Shown in pieces: positions 9,820-18,204 of a stretch of 64,000 bases of DNA. A model generated the notes under the pieces. The model worked only from the letters and a program-made list of their open reading frames with translations. It searched no databases and was not told the origin of the DNA. The stretch spans positions 106,922 through 170,921 of the forward strand of contig CAZUNO010000005.1 of assembly GCA_964621445.1 (NCBI GenBank). The letters run 5' to 3'. Position numbers and translations under genes: made by a program. Numbering within the stretch: position 1 is the first letter of the stretch; each line of letters opens with the position of its first letter. Source of the DNA: Candidatus Hadarchaeota archaeon (GTDB lineage: Archaea > CAYQAE01 > CAYVLA01).

Positions 9820-10995
9820 ATACCCATCCACTAGTCTTCCGGCCATTTTTCTCCAGTTATACCTGTTTTGGGCATCCAAGGCAGCCCGGCTCATCCTATC
9901 GTAGATATCATCATCCATAATGGTTCTAATCGAGTCGGCCACCTCCTCCACTTTCTCCGGGTCCACTGCGAGGCCATTTCCCTCCGCTTTTACTATCCTG
10001 CTTTTCTCCCCCAGGTCGGAGACCAGAATTGGTTTTCCGGCCGCAATCGACTCGAAAAGCTTGTTGGGAACGGTTAGCACGTTATTAGGATCGTTCCCCT
10101 TGTATAGAGCAAACAGAAGATCGCTGGCCAGATCATAGGCGGGAACCAGGGTGGGATCGATCTCTCCTCCAAATATGACCCGGTCATCGACCTCAAGCTT
10201 CCCTACCATGCTCCGTAATTTCCCCTCGATGGGGCCATATCCCCCTATAAACAAGTTAACTCCCTCCAGCATTGAAACCGCCCGGACGGCCTCCTCCAAG
10301 CCCCGGTTGGGAAACAGACCACCGATGTAAACCATTAGAAACTCCTCGTCAGATGCCAGTGATTCGCGAAGCCCCTCTACCTCCTCCTCCGGACATGAGA
10401 AGGGCTCGAAACAATTCATCACCGTTATCACCCTCTTACCCCCGCTCTCCCGGGCAATACCGGCTATGGGCGTGCTGGTGGCCAGAACCATGTCCGCCCT
10501 CCTGATGAGAAACGGCTCCAGGAGCCTCAGTATGCGGACCAGAGGTCGGGGAGCGAAGGTTGATATGAAATCCGGGTAGGACTCGTGCATATCGTAGACC
10601 AGCCTGATGGATTTCAATCTTGTAACGATTAGTCCGGGGACCATGGTGTCCATGTCGTGGCAGTGAACCGCATCCAGGTCGCTTCCAAGGCCAGCAAGGA
10701 TCAGGTGGATATAGAAAAGAATAAAGCCGGGTACCAGTGACAGAAACTCCCCGTAGTCAGCCCGGATCGGGTGACGAATGACCCTCACCCCATCAAATTC
10801 CTCCTCAAGGGGCAGCTTGCATTCCCTATCCCAGGCCTGAACGCATACCTGGTGACCGTTATCAACTAGGCTCCTTGCTTCCCGGAGGACCCTGAGGTCG
10901 GGCTTAAACGGATTGGCCAGGAACATCGATATCCTAGACACTGGGAAATAGTGAAATGGCCACAAGGTAAAAGCTTTCCCCCAGGCAGAGATCAT
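9802..10995 (-). CDS. Glycosyltransferase family 4 (likely start GTG 10941)
   Basis: DLRVLREARSL, HCHD, YDMHE, PNKLFESIAAGKPIL. Confidence 0.9.
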   Translation of the reverse strand: MISAWGKAFTLWPFHYFPVSRISMFLANPFKPDLRVLREARSLVDNGHQVCVQAWDRECKLPLEEEFDGVRVIRHPIRADYGEFLSLVPGFILFYIHLILAGLGSDLDAVHCHDMDTMVPGLIVTRLKSIRLVYDMHESYPDFISTFAPRPLVRILRLLEPFLIRRADMVLATSTPIAGIARESGGKRVITVMNCFEPFSCPEEEVEGLRESLASDEEFLMVYIGGLFPNRGLEEAVRAVSMLEGVNLFIGGYGPIEGKLRSMVGKLEVDDRVIFGGEIDPTLVPAYDLASDLLFALYKGNDPNNVLTVPNKLFESIAAGKPILVSDLGEKSRIVKAEGNGLAVDPEKVEEVADSIRTIMDDDIYDRMSRAALDAQNRYNWRKMAGRLVDGYSSLLE

Positions 10996-11048
10996 TTATC
11001 ATGGAGGACCTTATTGTCTTTCCTCTAGCAGCCATGAAGTGTTCGTGA

Positions 11049-12194
11049 ATGAAGATTCTCATCGTGCCGGCCATTGATTGGTTTACGGCCCTGGAGAACA
11101 GGGTTCACCACCTAGTTAGATGCTGGCAGGAGAATCACGAGATACACGTCGTGCACCTGCCCCTGGGAGGGGAACCGCTTAGAGAGCCTGGTGGAGAGGT
11201 CATGCATACCTTCTCGACGGCCAGGACCAGCAGCCTGCTAACCTATTACATTATGAACTTCATTCCCCAGGTGCTTCAGATAGTCCGGCTAATCAGGTCC
11301 AACAACATAGACCTGGTGGTTACCACCAACCTATCAGCCGGCACCGCGGCCATACTTGCGGCAAGGATATGTAATGTGCCCTCGATATTCGACTACTGTG
11401 ATTACCTCCCGGCATTCTCTCATTATGCCGGCGTGTCATCAATCCTGCAACCCATATTGGGGTTCATCGGCGAACTGCTGACCATACTCAACTTCAGGCT
11501 CTCGGAGGTTACCGTGGTCATCGGTAAAAGGCTGATGGAGCATGCCCAGGACTACTCCGACGCCGTTCTCGAGGTCCCGAACGGGGTCGATGAGCGGAGA
11601 TTTAGGGTCAAAGAGGAGTGGCGCCCAGGGGATAACCCGGTTCTGGGATATGTAGGAATACTTGAATTCTTCGTTAACCTGGGAACGGTCATCGACGCGC
11701 TCAAGTACCTTGATCGTTTTCGCCTGGTGGTAGTGGGCTCAGGTCGGGAGATGGGTAACCTGGTAGAATACGCCCAAAGGAGCGGGGTGAAGGAGAGGGT
11801 AAAGTTCGTGGGAAGGGTTCCTTACCAGAGGGTAGGGCGTTGGATCCAATCCATGGACGCGTGTCTGCTCCCTTTCTCCAGTAGCGACCTGACGGAATCC
11901 GCCCTGCCCCTGAAGGTACACGAGTACGCAGTTTGTCGCAGGCCGGTCATTGCCTCACCCCTTTTCGAGGTGGTTAGGATGTTTGGCGAGCTCCTACTAT
12001 ACGCCCGGGGACCCAGGGAGATCGCTTCGAAGGTGCAAAATCTTCTAAGCAATAGGACTGAAACTAGAAGAAGGATAAGGAGGGCCTACATCCGAGCTGC
12101 CGTCACCTACAGATGGAGCCGGTTCGGATCCCGATACGAAAAAGCATTTTCCAGGGCCCTGGGCGGGGGTGAGGCGTATAGACATGAACATTAA
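11049..12194 (+). CDS. Glycosyltransferase family 4
   Basis: VPNGVD, GYVG, GRVPY, PLKVHEYAVCRRPVI. Confidence 0.88.
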   Translation: MKILIVPAIDWFTALENRVHHLVRCWQENHEIHVVHLPLGGEPLREPGGEVMHTFSTARTSSLLTYYIMNFIPQVLQIVRLIRSNNIDLVVTTNLSAGTAAILAARICNVPSIFDYCDYLPAFSHYAGVSSILQPILGFIGELLTILNFRLSEVTVVIGKRLMEHAQDYSDAVLEVPNGVDERRFRVKEEWRPGDNPVLGYVGILEFFVNLGTVIDALKYLDRFRLVVVGSGREMGNLVEYAQRSGVKERVKFVGRVPYQRVGRWIQSMDACLLPFSSSDLTESALPLKVHEYAVCRRPVIASPLFEVVRMFGELLLYARGPREIASKVQNLLSNRTETRRRIRRAYIRAAVTYRWSRFGSRYEKAFSRALGGGEAYRHEH

Positions 12195-13977
12195 TCCTGT
12201 TCGGGGAAATGGCCTAAGCCTAGGGCTGCTCCTAATACTGATATTGGCCCTCTCGGCAACTACCAGGCTTTACTTTCTCACCACCTGGGATCAAATTCCC
12301 ACCAGTGACCCTTATCACTTCATCGGATGGACCTCGGGCGTTGACCAATCAAGTCATCTTGATTTCCCTGGATCCGAGGACAGGGCCTACGGACAATATC
12401 CGGACGGTTACCCAATTCTACTTCAATTTCTCTCCACCACGGGCGATATCTCGCTGGTCCCCCTATCCAAGTTCCTTCCGGTCATCGTCGGATCGATGTG
12501 CACCCTGCCCGTCTTCCTCGTGTTCCGGAAATTGACGCGGAGGTCCCTCTATCAGCTCGCCGGGACGGTGATGGTGGTCTTCTCCCTGGCATTTCTCAAA
12601 TACACATCGGTCTCGATCCCCAATATGATGGGCCTCTATCTTTTCTGTCTCGCCGCATGGATTGCCCTCAGATTGGATAGGCAGGGAAAGAGGATGTTAG
12701 CCATGCTCGGCTTCTTGGTGCTAGCGGTATCACGCATTCATTACCTTTCCCTGGTCTGTATCGGGGTCCTCCTGGCCATAGTCATTTCCAGGAAGCTGAT
12801 GGTCAGGGCATCCGGGCAGGAGTTCGACCCCCGACGTATGGCCTTTATTCTCATAGTGGCCCTTGTGGCGGGAATCTTGGCCTGGACCGCCGCGTACCGA
12901 GTGATGTACATGCTCTACGGAATAGACATCACCAGCCAGCCGCCGGCCAGGTTGAGCCTGGTTCTAAGCTTCCTGGGCTATCCCTTGATATTCGGGGTTT
13001 TACAGATACTTTTCGTACCCCTGGGCTTAATTCACCTGGCAAAGGACTATATCTCCAGGCACTTCACGAGCGAGGATGGAAATCTCAACCTCGATCCAGT
13101 TCTGATCTTGGCCCTGTTTTTGGTGTTCCTCCTATTTGCCTCTGGTTTCCTGAAGGTGGAGTACTACCCCTTTAGATTCAATTGCTTTCTGATCCTTCCC
13201 CTGGTCATGGTATCGATCCTTGGCCTTCTGTTGGCCAGGGGGCTCTTGATGGATTCTCCGCTCCGTGCTTTTGCGTGGATGGTGATCCCCCTCACCGTTT
13301 TGATGGTCATCATTCAGCCCCTGGCGGCCTCGATCATTCCATTTGACGATGGAGAACCCTTCCTGCCCTGGGAACAGGAATACGGTGAAACCGAGATGCC
13401 GGCATTGAGAAGCTGGATGGAGGAAAAGCTGCTTTGCACGGAGTTCAATCGGAGCGGTGGCCCTGAGTCTAAATCCCTTCCCCGCCGGGAGATGGTCATG
13501 GCCGATTGGGTTCGGTCAAGGGCCCTGAACGCCTTCGGGTTCGACAGCGTCCACATACACTGGTGGTTTTTCCAGGGTTGGTACGACCTCCAGAGGGAGC
13601 CCTTCAGGTATAGAAGCCTTGACATCTATGCCGGGAACTCAAGTCAAGCTCTGGATAGACTCGCCGGGCTTTACCTGAGGAAGGCCACCGGGAGCACCGG
13701 TGACTGGTATTATCATTACAAGTACATATACACCAGCAAGTGGCTGGGCGAGGTCATGGTCAATGACTTCGGTCTACAGCCTAACTTCACCAAGTTCGAC
13801 AACTATGATGGCTCGCTACTCTATGACTGGAGGCGTAGCTCTTCCCAGGGTGACAGGGTTATCGCCGAAAGCGAAAGGGCTCTTGGAGCACCTTACATGC
13901 TGCCACCATTCGACCGGCTTTACTCCTCACCAGGGGTCGGGATTTACCTATTCCCGGATTTGAAAAGGGTCATCTAG
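12169..13977 (+). CDS. Polytopic membrane protein, probable GT-C fold glycosyltransferase
   Basis: More than 10 hydrophobic segments, DPYHF after TM1, YPDGY, soluble C-terminal domain; sits in the GT cluster. Confidence 0.6.
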   Translation: MRRIDMNINPVRGNGLSLGLLLILILALSATTRLYFLTTWDQIPTSDPYHFIGWTSGVDQSSHLDFPGSEDRAYGQYPDGYPILLQFLSTTGDISLVPLSKFLPVIVGSMCTLPVFLVFRKLTRRSLYQLAGTVMVVFSLAFLKYTSVSIPNMMGLYLFCLAAWIALRLDRQGKRMLAMLGFLVLAVSRIHYLSLVCIGVLLAIVISRKLMVRASGQEFDPRRMAFILIVALVAGILAWTAAYRVMYMLYGIDITSQPPARLSLVLSFLGYPLIFGVLQILFVPLGLIHLAKDYISRHFTSEDGNLNLDPVLILALFLVFLLFASGFLKVEYYPFRFNCFLILPLVMVSILGLLLARGLLMDSPLRAFAWMVIPLTVLMVIIQPLAASIIPFDDGEPFLPWEQEYGETEMPALRSWMEEKLLCTEFNRSGGPESKSLPRREMVMADWVRSRALNAFGFDSVHIHWWFFQGWYDLQREPFRYRSLDIYAGNSSQALDRLAGLYLRKATGSTGDWYYHYKYIYTSKWLGEVMVNDFGLQPNFTKFDNYDGSLLYDWRRSSSQGDRVIAESERALGAPYMLPPFDRLYSSPGVGIYLFPDLKRVI

Positions 13978-13981
13978 AAAC

Positions 13982-14974
13982 TTAACGGAGGTCCATAGCC
14001 AACAGTCCCTTAAACGCCCCCGTGATAAGGAAAAATACCGGTAATAAGAGATCCTTGAACCAGGAAAGCTCCACCACCTCTATCCTCCATAGTCGGACTC
14101 TCCCTCCCCCATTTTCCACCGAAGCCAGCAGCTTTCCGTCCTTTGAGAAGGCCATGTCATATGGATCGTCAAATCCCGCTTCTCCCGGCACGCCGCTAAA
14201 TCCCCCCAGGTGATCCCCATTTGAGTTGAAGAAATATATCCTGTCGGCTCCAAAATCTGCGACCGCCACCATGCCATTTTCTGACACATCTATGCCCACT
14301 GGTCGGGTAAATCTAAGCCTGCTCTGTATATCCCATATGGTGGAGTTGAAGGAGAAATCGGGATTGAAAATTTGAACCCTCCTCACATATCCCTCGGGTT
14401 CCAGATATGCGTCAACCACCAGAAGCCGGCCGTGGGAATCGAAGGACAGGTCCATAGGGCCATCGAAATCCCCTGCCTCGGTTCCCCATTGGCCGAATTC
14501 CTTTATGAAGCAGGGGCACGGTCCCAGGATCTGGATTCTCCTGTTCATGGAGTCGGCAACCGCAGTAAGACCACCCTTCACGTCTATCCCCCAGGGAACC
14601 CTAAACTCGGCTTCACCCGAACCCTCCAAGCCCAGGGTTCCATATTCATCCAGCTCCGCGTCAAGGATCAGCACCCTGTGATTCCCTGTATCGGCTACCC
14701 AGATTCTGCCCTGATCATCAATGTCAATGCCGCGTGGATGTCTCAGGCCCCCCGAATAGCTTGAATTCAATGAAAGGTCCTGATTGAGTATTATCACCCG
14801 GTCATTTCCGGTATCGGACACTACCCAGAGCCCATCCGGGTGATTGGTGATGCAGGTCGGTGAATTGAGAACGATTTCAGAGGTGGCAACCGGAACTAGG
14901 GTAAAATTCATCGTACCTGAAACGGTGGCCAAAAACCCCAGTGATATCAGGGCCAAGAGCAGATATCTAGTCAT
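13982..14974 (-). CDS. Secreted NHL-repeat beta-propeller
   Basis: Repeats PRGIDID..IWVADTGNHRV, VADSMNRRIQ; signal peptide and hydrophobic C-terminal tail. Confidence 0.88.
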   Translation of the reverse strand: MTRYLLLALISLGFLATVSGTMNFTLVPVATSEIVLNSPTCITNHPDGLWVVSDTGNDRVIILNQDLSLNSSYSGGLRHPRGIDIDDQGRIWVADTGNHRVLILDAELDEYGTLGLEGSGEAEFRVPWGIDVKGGLTAVADSMNRRIQILGPCPCFIKEFGQWGTEAGDFDGPMDLSFDSHGRLLVVDAYLEPEGYVRRVQIFNPDFSFNSTIWDIQSRLRFTRPVGIDVSENGMVAVADFGADRIYFFNSNGDHLGGFSGVPGEAGFDDPYDMAFSKDGKLLASVENGGGRVRLWRIEVVELSWFKDLLLPVFFLITGAFKGLLAMDLR

Positions 14975-16664
14975 CCTTACCCATCATCTCCCAAATTTCT
15001 CTCTGGGTGTTCCAGATATCCTCTACCTGGAGCTGGTCCCCATTCTCAACCAGGGAAGAGGAGAAGGAATGAGGATAGCTCCACCAGAGCAAGGTGCTCA
15101 CGGGGTATTTCCGAGCCACCTGGTAGTATAGAAGGGTCTCCTCTTGATTCGGCAGCAGTAGTGACCAGTCCCTCTCCACCTCCAGGTCGTCGACCCAGAG
15201 GGAGCCCGAACCCTCCAATGCGGTAAGTGTAACTCGATTGAAGGTCCCGGGAAGGACGGCGTTTGGCAATCGGGTTTGGATATCCCCATCAAAACGGAAA
15301 ACCCATCTATTTGCATCAACGTTCGCATCCAAGGTCAGGGTATGCCAGCGTCCGGGAGCCACATCGATGGAGCAGTTGACTATTTCCGCATCCCTCCCGG
15401 TGTGAACAAGTAGGTCACGGCCCTGAATTCCCAGCCTTACCGGGGATGAGTTGGTATCTCCCAGGGTTATCCACACCGCGGGGGAGGATGAAGAGGTGAT
15501 GAAACGGAATTTGACCCTAATGCTGTGAACCGTTGGGTAGGAAAATACGGCCGTGGAGATGCCATCGCCTCCCTCCAAGAGCAACGAGCGGTTCCCACGG
15601 TATTTTCTGGCCCCCGTTACCCCAGTACCCCCGCCGAACTCCCATTCCTCAGCAATTCCACCGTCCTCGAATCCCTCATCCAGGTATAGACGGGGGTCCC
15701 TGTTATCACTATCGAAGAACACATCCGCCCCGGGATCATATGCCTGGCCCACAACCACTACCGGTTTCCCGAATGACGAGGCCCAGGAAACATCACTCTC
15801 CACTATGGATTTATCCCCTGTATGCCTGAAATCATCGGGCTCTTCATCATGATAGGCATAGAAGTAGGGATCAACGCCGATTAAGTCCAATTTTTGGGGG
15901 AAATCGCCCACCCATTGATCGTATCTAATCAAACTCCCGTTCTTGGACCTGTATGAGTAGTTATTCCCCTGACGATGAAACATCACCAGAACCGGCTTGT
16001 CCCAGAAAACATCCCTGGCCGCATCCACCATGGAATCGAGCATTTCCTGGGTGACGTTGTTGGGACGGACCCATGGTTCATCGTATACATAGACCGCCAT
16101 GATGTCCTCCCTGTACCTTCGAAAGAGCTTCTCGTAGACCCGGAATTCCTCCATTAAGAGTTCCGTGGCCTCCGGGACCGAACAAGGCCTGGGATCAAGA
16201 AAATATACGTACTTGGATATTCCATGAACTAGCAGTATCATCTTAAGGTCATTTTCACGACAGGATTCGAGGTATTCGGGATCATATAGATACCCCCGGG
16301 AATTGGTCACCGAGTGAGGGACCACAACTACATTTGACTGCTGACCGGCATTTTCCAGGTGTACCAGGTTCCTGCTCCAGTCCCTTCCCGATAGTTTTGG
16401 ATCGGAAGCCAGATTTTCATAAAATTCCATTGAGATGAATCTATCATATACCTGAAAATAACCATGGTATTGAAGGCTGGTCTCGTTCCCGGTCAAATTA
16501 TCTGAACTTCCCCTGGCCACCTGTTCCGAGGGCTCTAATAGCATACTGGGGAGGAGCAGTGCGATCAGGAAGAACGATATCGAGACGATGAAAACCACCA
16601 GCACTTCCTGCCGATCCATCGGGATGTCCTCCTTGAACTTCTTATCAAGGTCCATTATTATCAT
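14967..16664 (-). CDS. Membrane-anchored putative glycoside-hydrolase barrel with inserted lectin/CBM-like domain
   Basis: VYVYDEPW, DLIGVDPY, PVVVVGQAY, LLWWSY; beta-sandwich insert from EGFEDG to LWVDDLEV. Confidence 0.55.
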   Translation of the reverse strand: MIIMDLDKKFKEDIPMDRQEVLVVFIVSISFFLIALLLPSMLLEPSEQVARGSSDNLTGNETSLQYHGYFQVYDRFISMEFYENLASDPKLSGRDWSRNLVHLENAGQQSNVVVVPHSVTNSRGYLYDPEYLESCRENDLKMILLVHGISKYVYFLDPRPCSVPEATELLMEEFRVYEKLFRRYREDIMAVYVYDEPWVRPNNVTQEMLDSMVDAARDVFWDKPVLVMFHRQGNNYSYRSKNGSLIRYDQWVGDFPQKLDLIGVDPYFYAYHDEEPDDFRHTGDKSIVESDVSWASSFGKPVVVVGQAYDPGADVFFDSDNRDPRLYLDEGFEDGGIAEEWEFGGGTGVTGARKYRGNRSLLLEGGDGISTAVFSYPTVHSIRVKFRFITSSSSPAVWITLGDTNSSPVRLGIQGRDLLVHTGRDAEIVNCSIDVAPGRWHTLTLDANVDANRWVFRFDGDIQTRLPNAVLPGTFNRVTLTALEGSGSLWVDDLEVERDWSLLLPNQEETLLYYQVARKYPVSTLLWWSYPHSFSSSLVENGDQLQVEDIWNTQREIWEMMGKDD

Positions 16665-16743
16665 TTCCCATCATCAAACGGGCTTGATCGAAAACCGCTG
16701 CTAAGTATTTAAGAGGAAACCAACAATCGGGCCTGCAACGCTC

Positions 16744-17985
16744 ATGATCACCACCATCAAGCGTGCCGTCATCGTATACACCGGTACGGCGATAGCCAGT
16801 CTAGTCATGCTAGCGGCAAAGGTGTTCATCGATCGGGAGCTGGGTACGGCGGTCCTGGGCCAATATGAGCTGGGCCTATCGGTTATTCTGATGGTTTCCG
16901 TCTTCGCCATGTTCGGCTTTCACACCTCAATTGCAAGGACGGTTGCTAAAAAGGGGCTGGAGGCATACCCACTGGTCCGGAAGGCCTTCATTTGGGTGGC
17001 CGTCGTGTGCGGAATTGTCATCCTGCTTGCAAATCCCATAGTCAATAGGATTTACGAGGGCAAGGTCGACCCCAACTTCGTCCTGTATCTCTCCCTCTTC
17101 CTGTATGCGGTTTGCCTCCTTAACCTAAACATGGCCTTCTATCAGGGTAAACAGGAGATGGAAAAGGTCTCCAAGATCATGGCCCTGGACTCATTTGCCA
17201 GAGGAGCAGCGGTTCTCGTAGCCCTGAGACTGGCCTTCGATGCCCGCTCCCTGCTACTAATGATAGGGGTTTTCGCCCTGGTATTCGAACTTGTGGTCAC
17301 CAGTAGGATACTCAAAAGGGTGGCCTCCGTGGTGGAGGAGACCATACCCTTTAGGGAGCTGGCCCATCTATCCTTCTTCATATTCCTAATCGCTGCCTCG
17401 GGCGCGGTCTCCACCAGGGTTAGCGCATTTGTAATTGCTTATAGCCTGGACTCCCTTAACCTGGGCTGGTTCGGACAGGCAACCCTATTCATACTCCCCC
17501 TCTCCCTGCTGGGAAAGACTATCGAAACCGTCCTCCTGCCCAGAGCTTCATCAAAGGAGGATTTCCAGCTCAGGAAATTTGCCGTGGTTGCCCTGGGAAT
17601 GGCAATTTTCATGATACTGGCCTACCAAGCGATGTCAGGGTTCCTGGTGGAATTCCTTTTTGGTCCCGGAAACGACCCGGCCATCAAGGCGCTCAATATC
17701 CTTTCCCTTGGATATGCCGCGATCATAGTTTATTCGGTCTTCTCCGGCTTCGTCTTCGGAAGGGCGCAAAGGGATTTCCTGGGAAAACTGGTCACCGTGA
17801 CCTTTTTACAGGCCTTGATACTATCACCGACACTGAACGCTTACCTCGTGAATATGATGGGCCTTTCCGGTGCAGCCTGGGCTACCAGCATTTCCCTTAT
17901 AGCTCAGGCAGGACTTTGGGTGACGGCAGGATTAATTCTAGAAAGAAGCGAGAATCTTCAGAAATCTAAAAAGATATCTTCTTGA
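16744..17985 (+). CDS. Oligosaccharide flippase (Wzx/MOP family)
   Basis: About 12 TM segments, RELG..LGQY, LLPRAS, MGLSGAAWATSIS. Confidence 0.88.
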   Translation: MITTIKRAVIVYTGTAIASLVMLAAKVFIDRELGTAVLGQYELGLSVILMVSVFAMFGFHTSIARTVAKKGLEAYPLVRKAFIWVAVVCGIVILLANPIVNRIYEGKVDPNFVLYLSLFLYAVCLLNLNMAFYQGKQEMEKVSKIMALDSFARGAAVLVALRLAFDARSLLLMIGVFALVFELVVTSRILKRVASVVEETIPFRELAHLSFFIFLIAASGAVSTRVSAFVIAYSLDSLNLGWFGQATLFILPLSLLGKTIETVLLPRASSKEDFQLRKFAVVALGMAIFMILAYQAMSGFLVEFLFGPGNDPAIKALNILSLGYAAIIVYSVFSGFVFGRAQRDFLGKLVTVTFLQALILSPTLNAYLVNMMGLSGAAWATSISLIAQAGLWVTAGLILERSENLQKSKKISS

Positions 17986-18121
17986 CCTCGGTAAGTCCCT
18001 TCGCCTTTCTGTATGCGTCGCATTCCCGCTTATTGCAGTCGACGACATATTTCTTTGTCAGGATACAATAAGTTAGCTTTTGATATCCCTTCTCTCTCAT
18101 ATACTCGCAGGAGCGTATCAT
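17966..18121 (-). CDS. Unannotated 51-aa Cys4 microprotein (putative metal binding)
   Basis: Manual translation MIRSCEYMREKGYQKLTYCILTKKYVVDCNKRECDAYRKAKGLTEVKKISF; purine-rich GGGAAGGA upstream of ATG; fills an otherwise empty gap; below the ORF-track length cutoff. Confidence 0.65.
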   Translation of the reverse strand: MIRSCEYMREKGYQKLTYCILTKKYVVDCNKRECDAYRKAKGLTEVKKISF

Positions 18122-18204
18122 CTAGATCCTTCCCAGGCAATGGTTAAAGGAGCACAGTGACTTAAAAATGCCATCGGTTTTGGCCCCTGGAGAATAGGGG
18201 CAGG

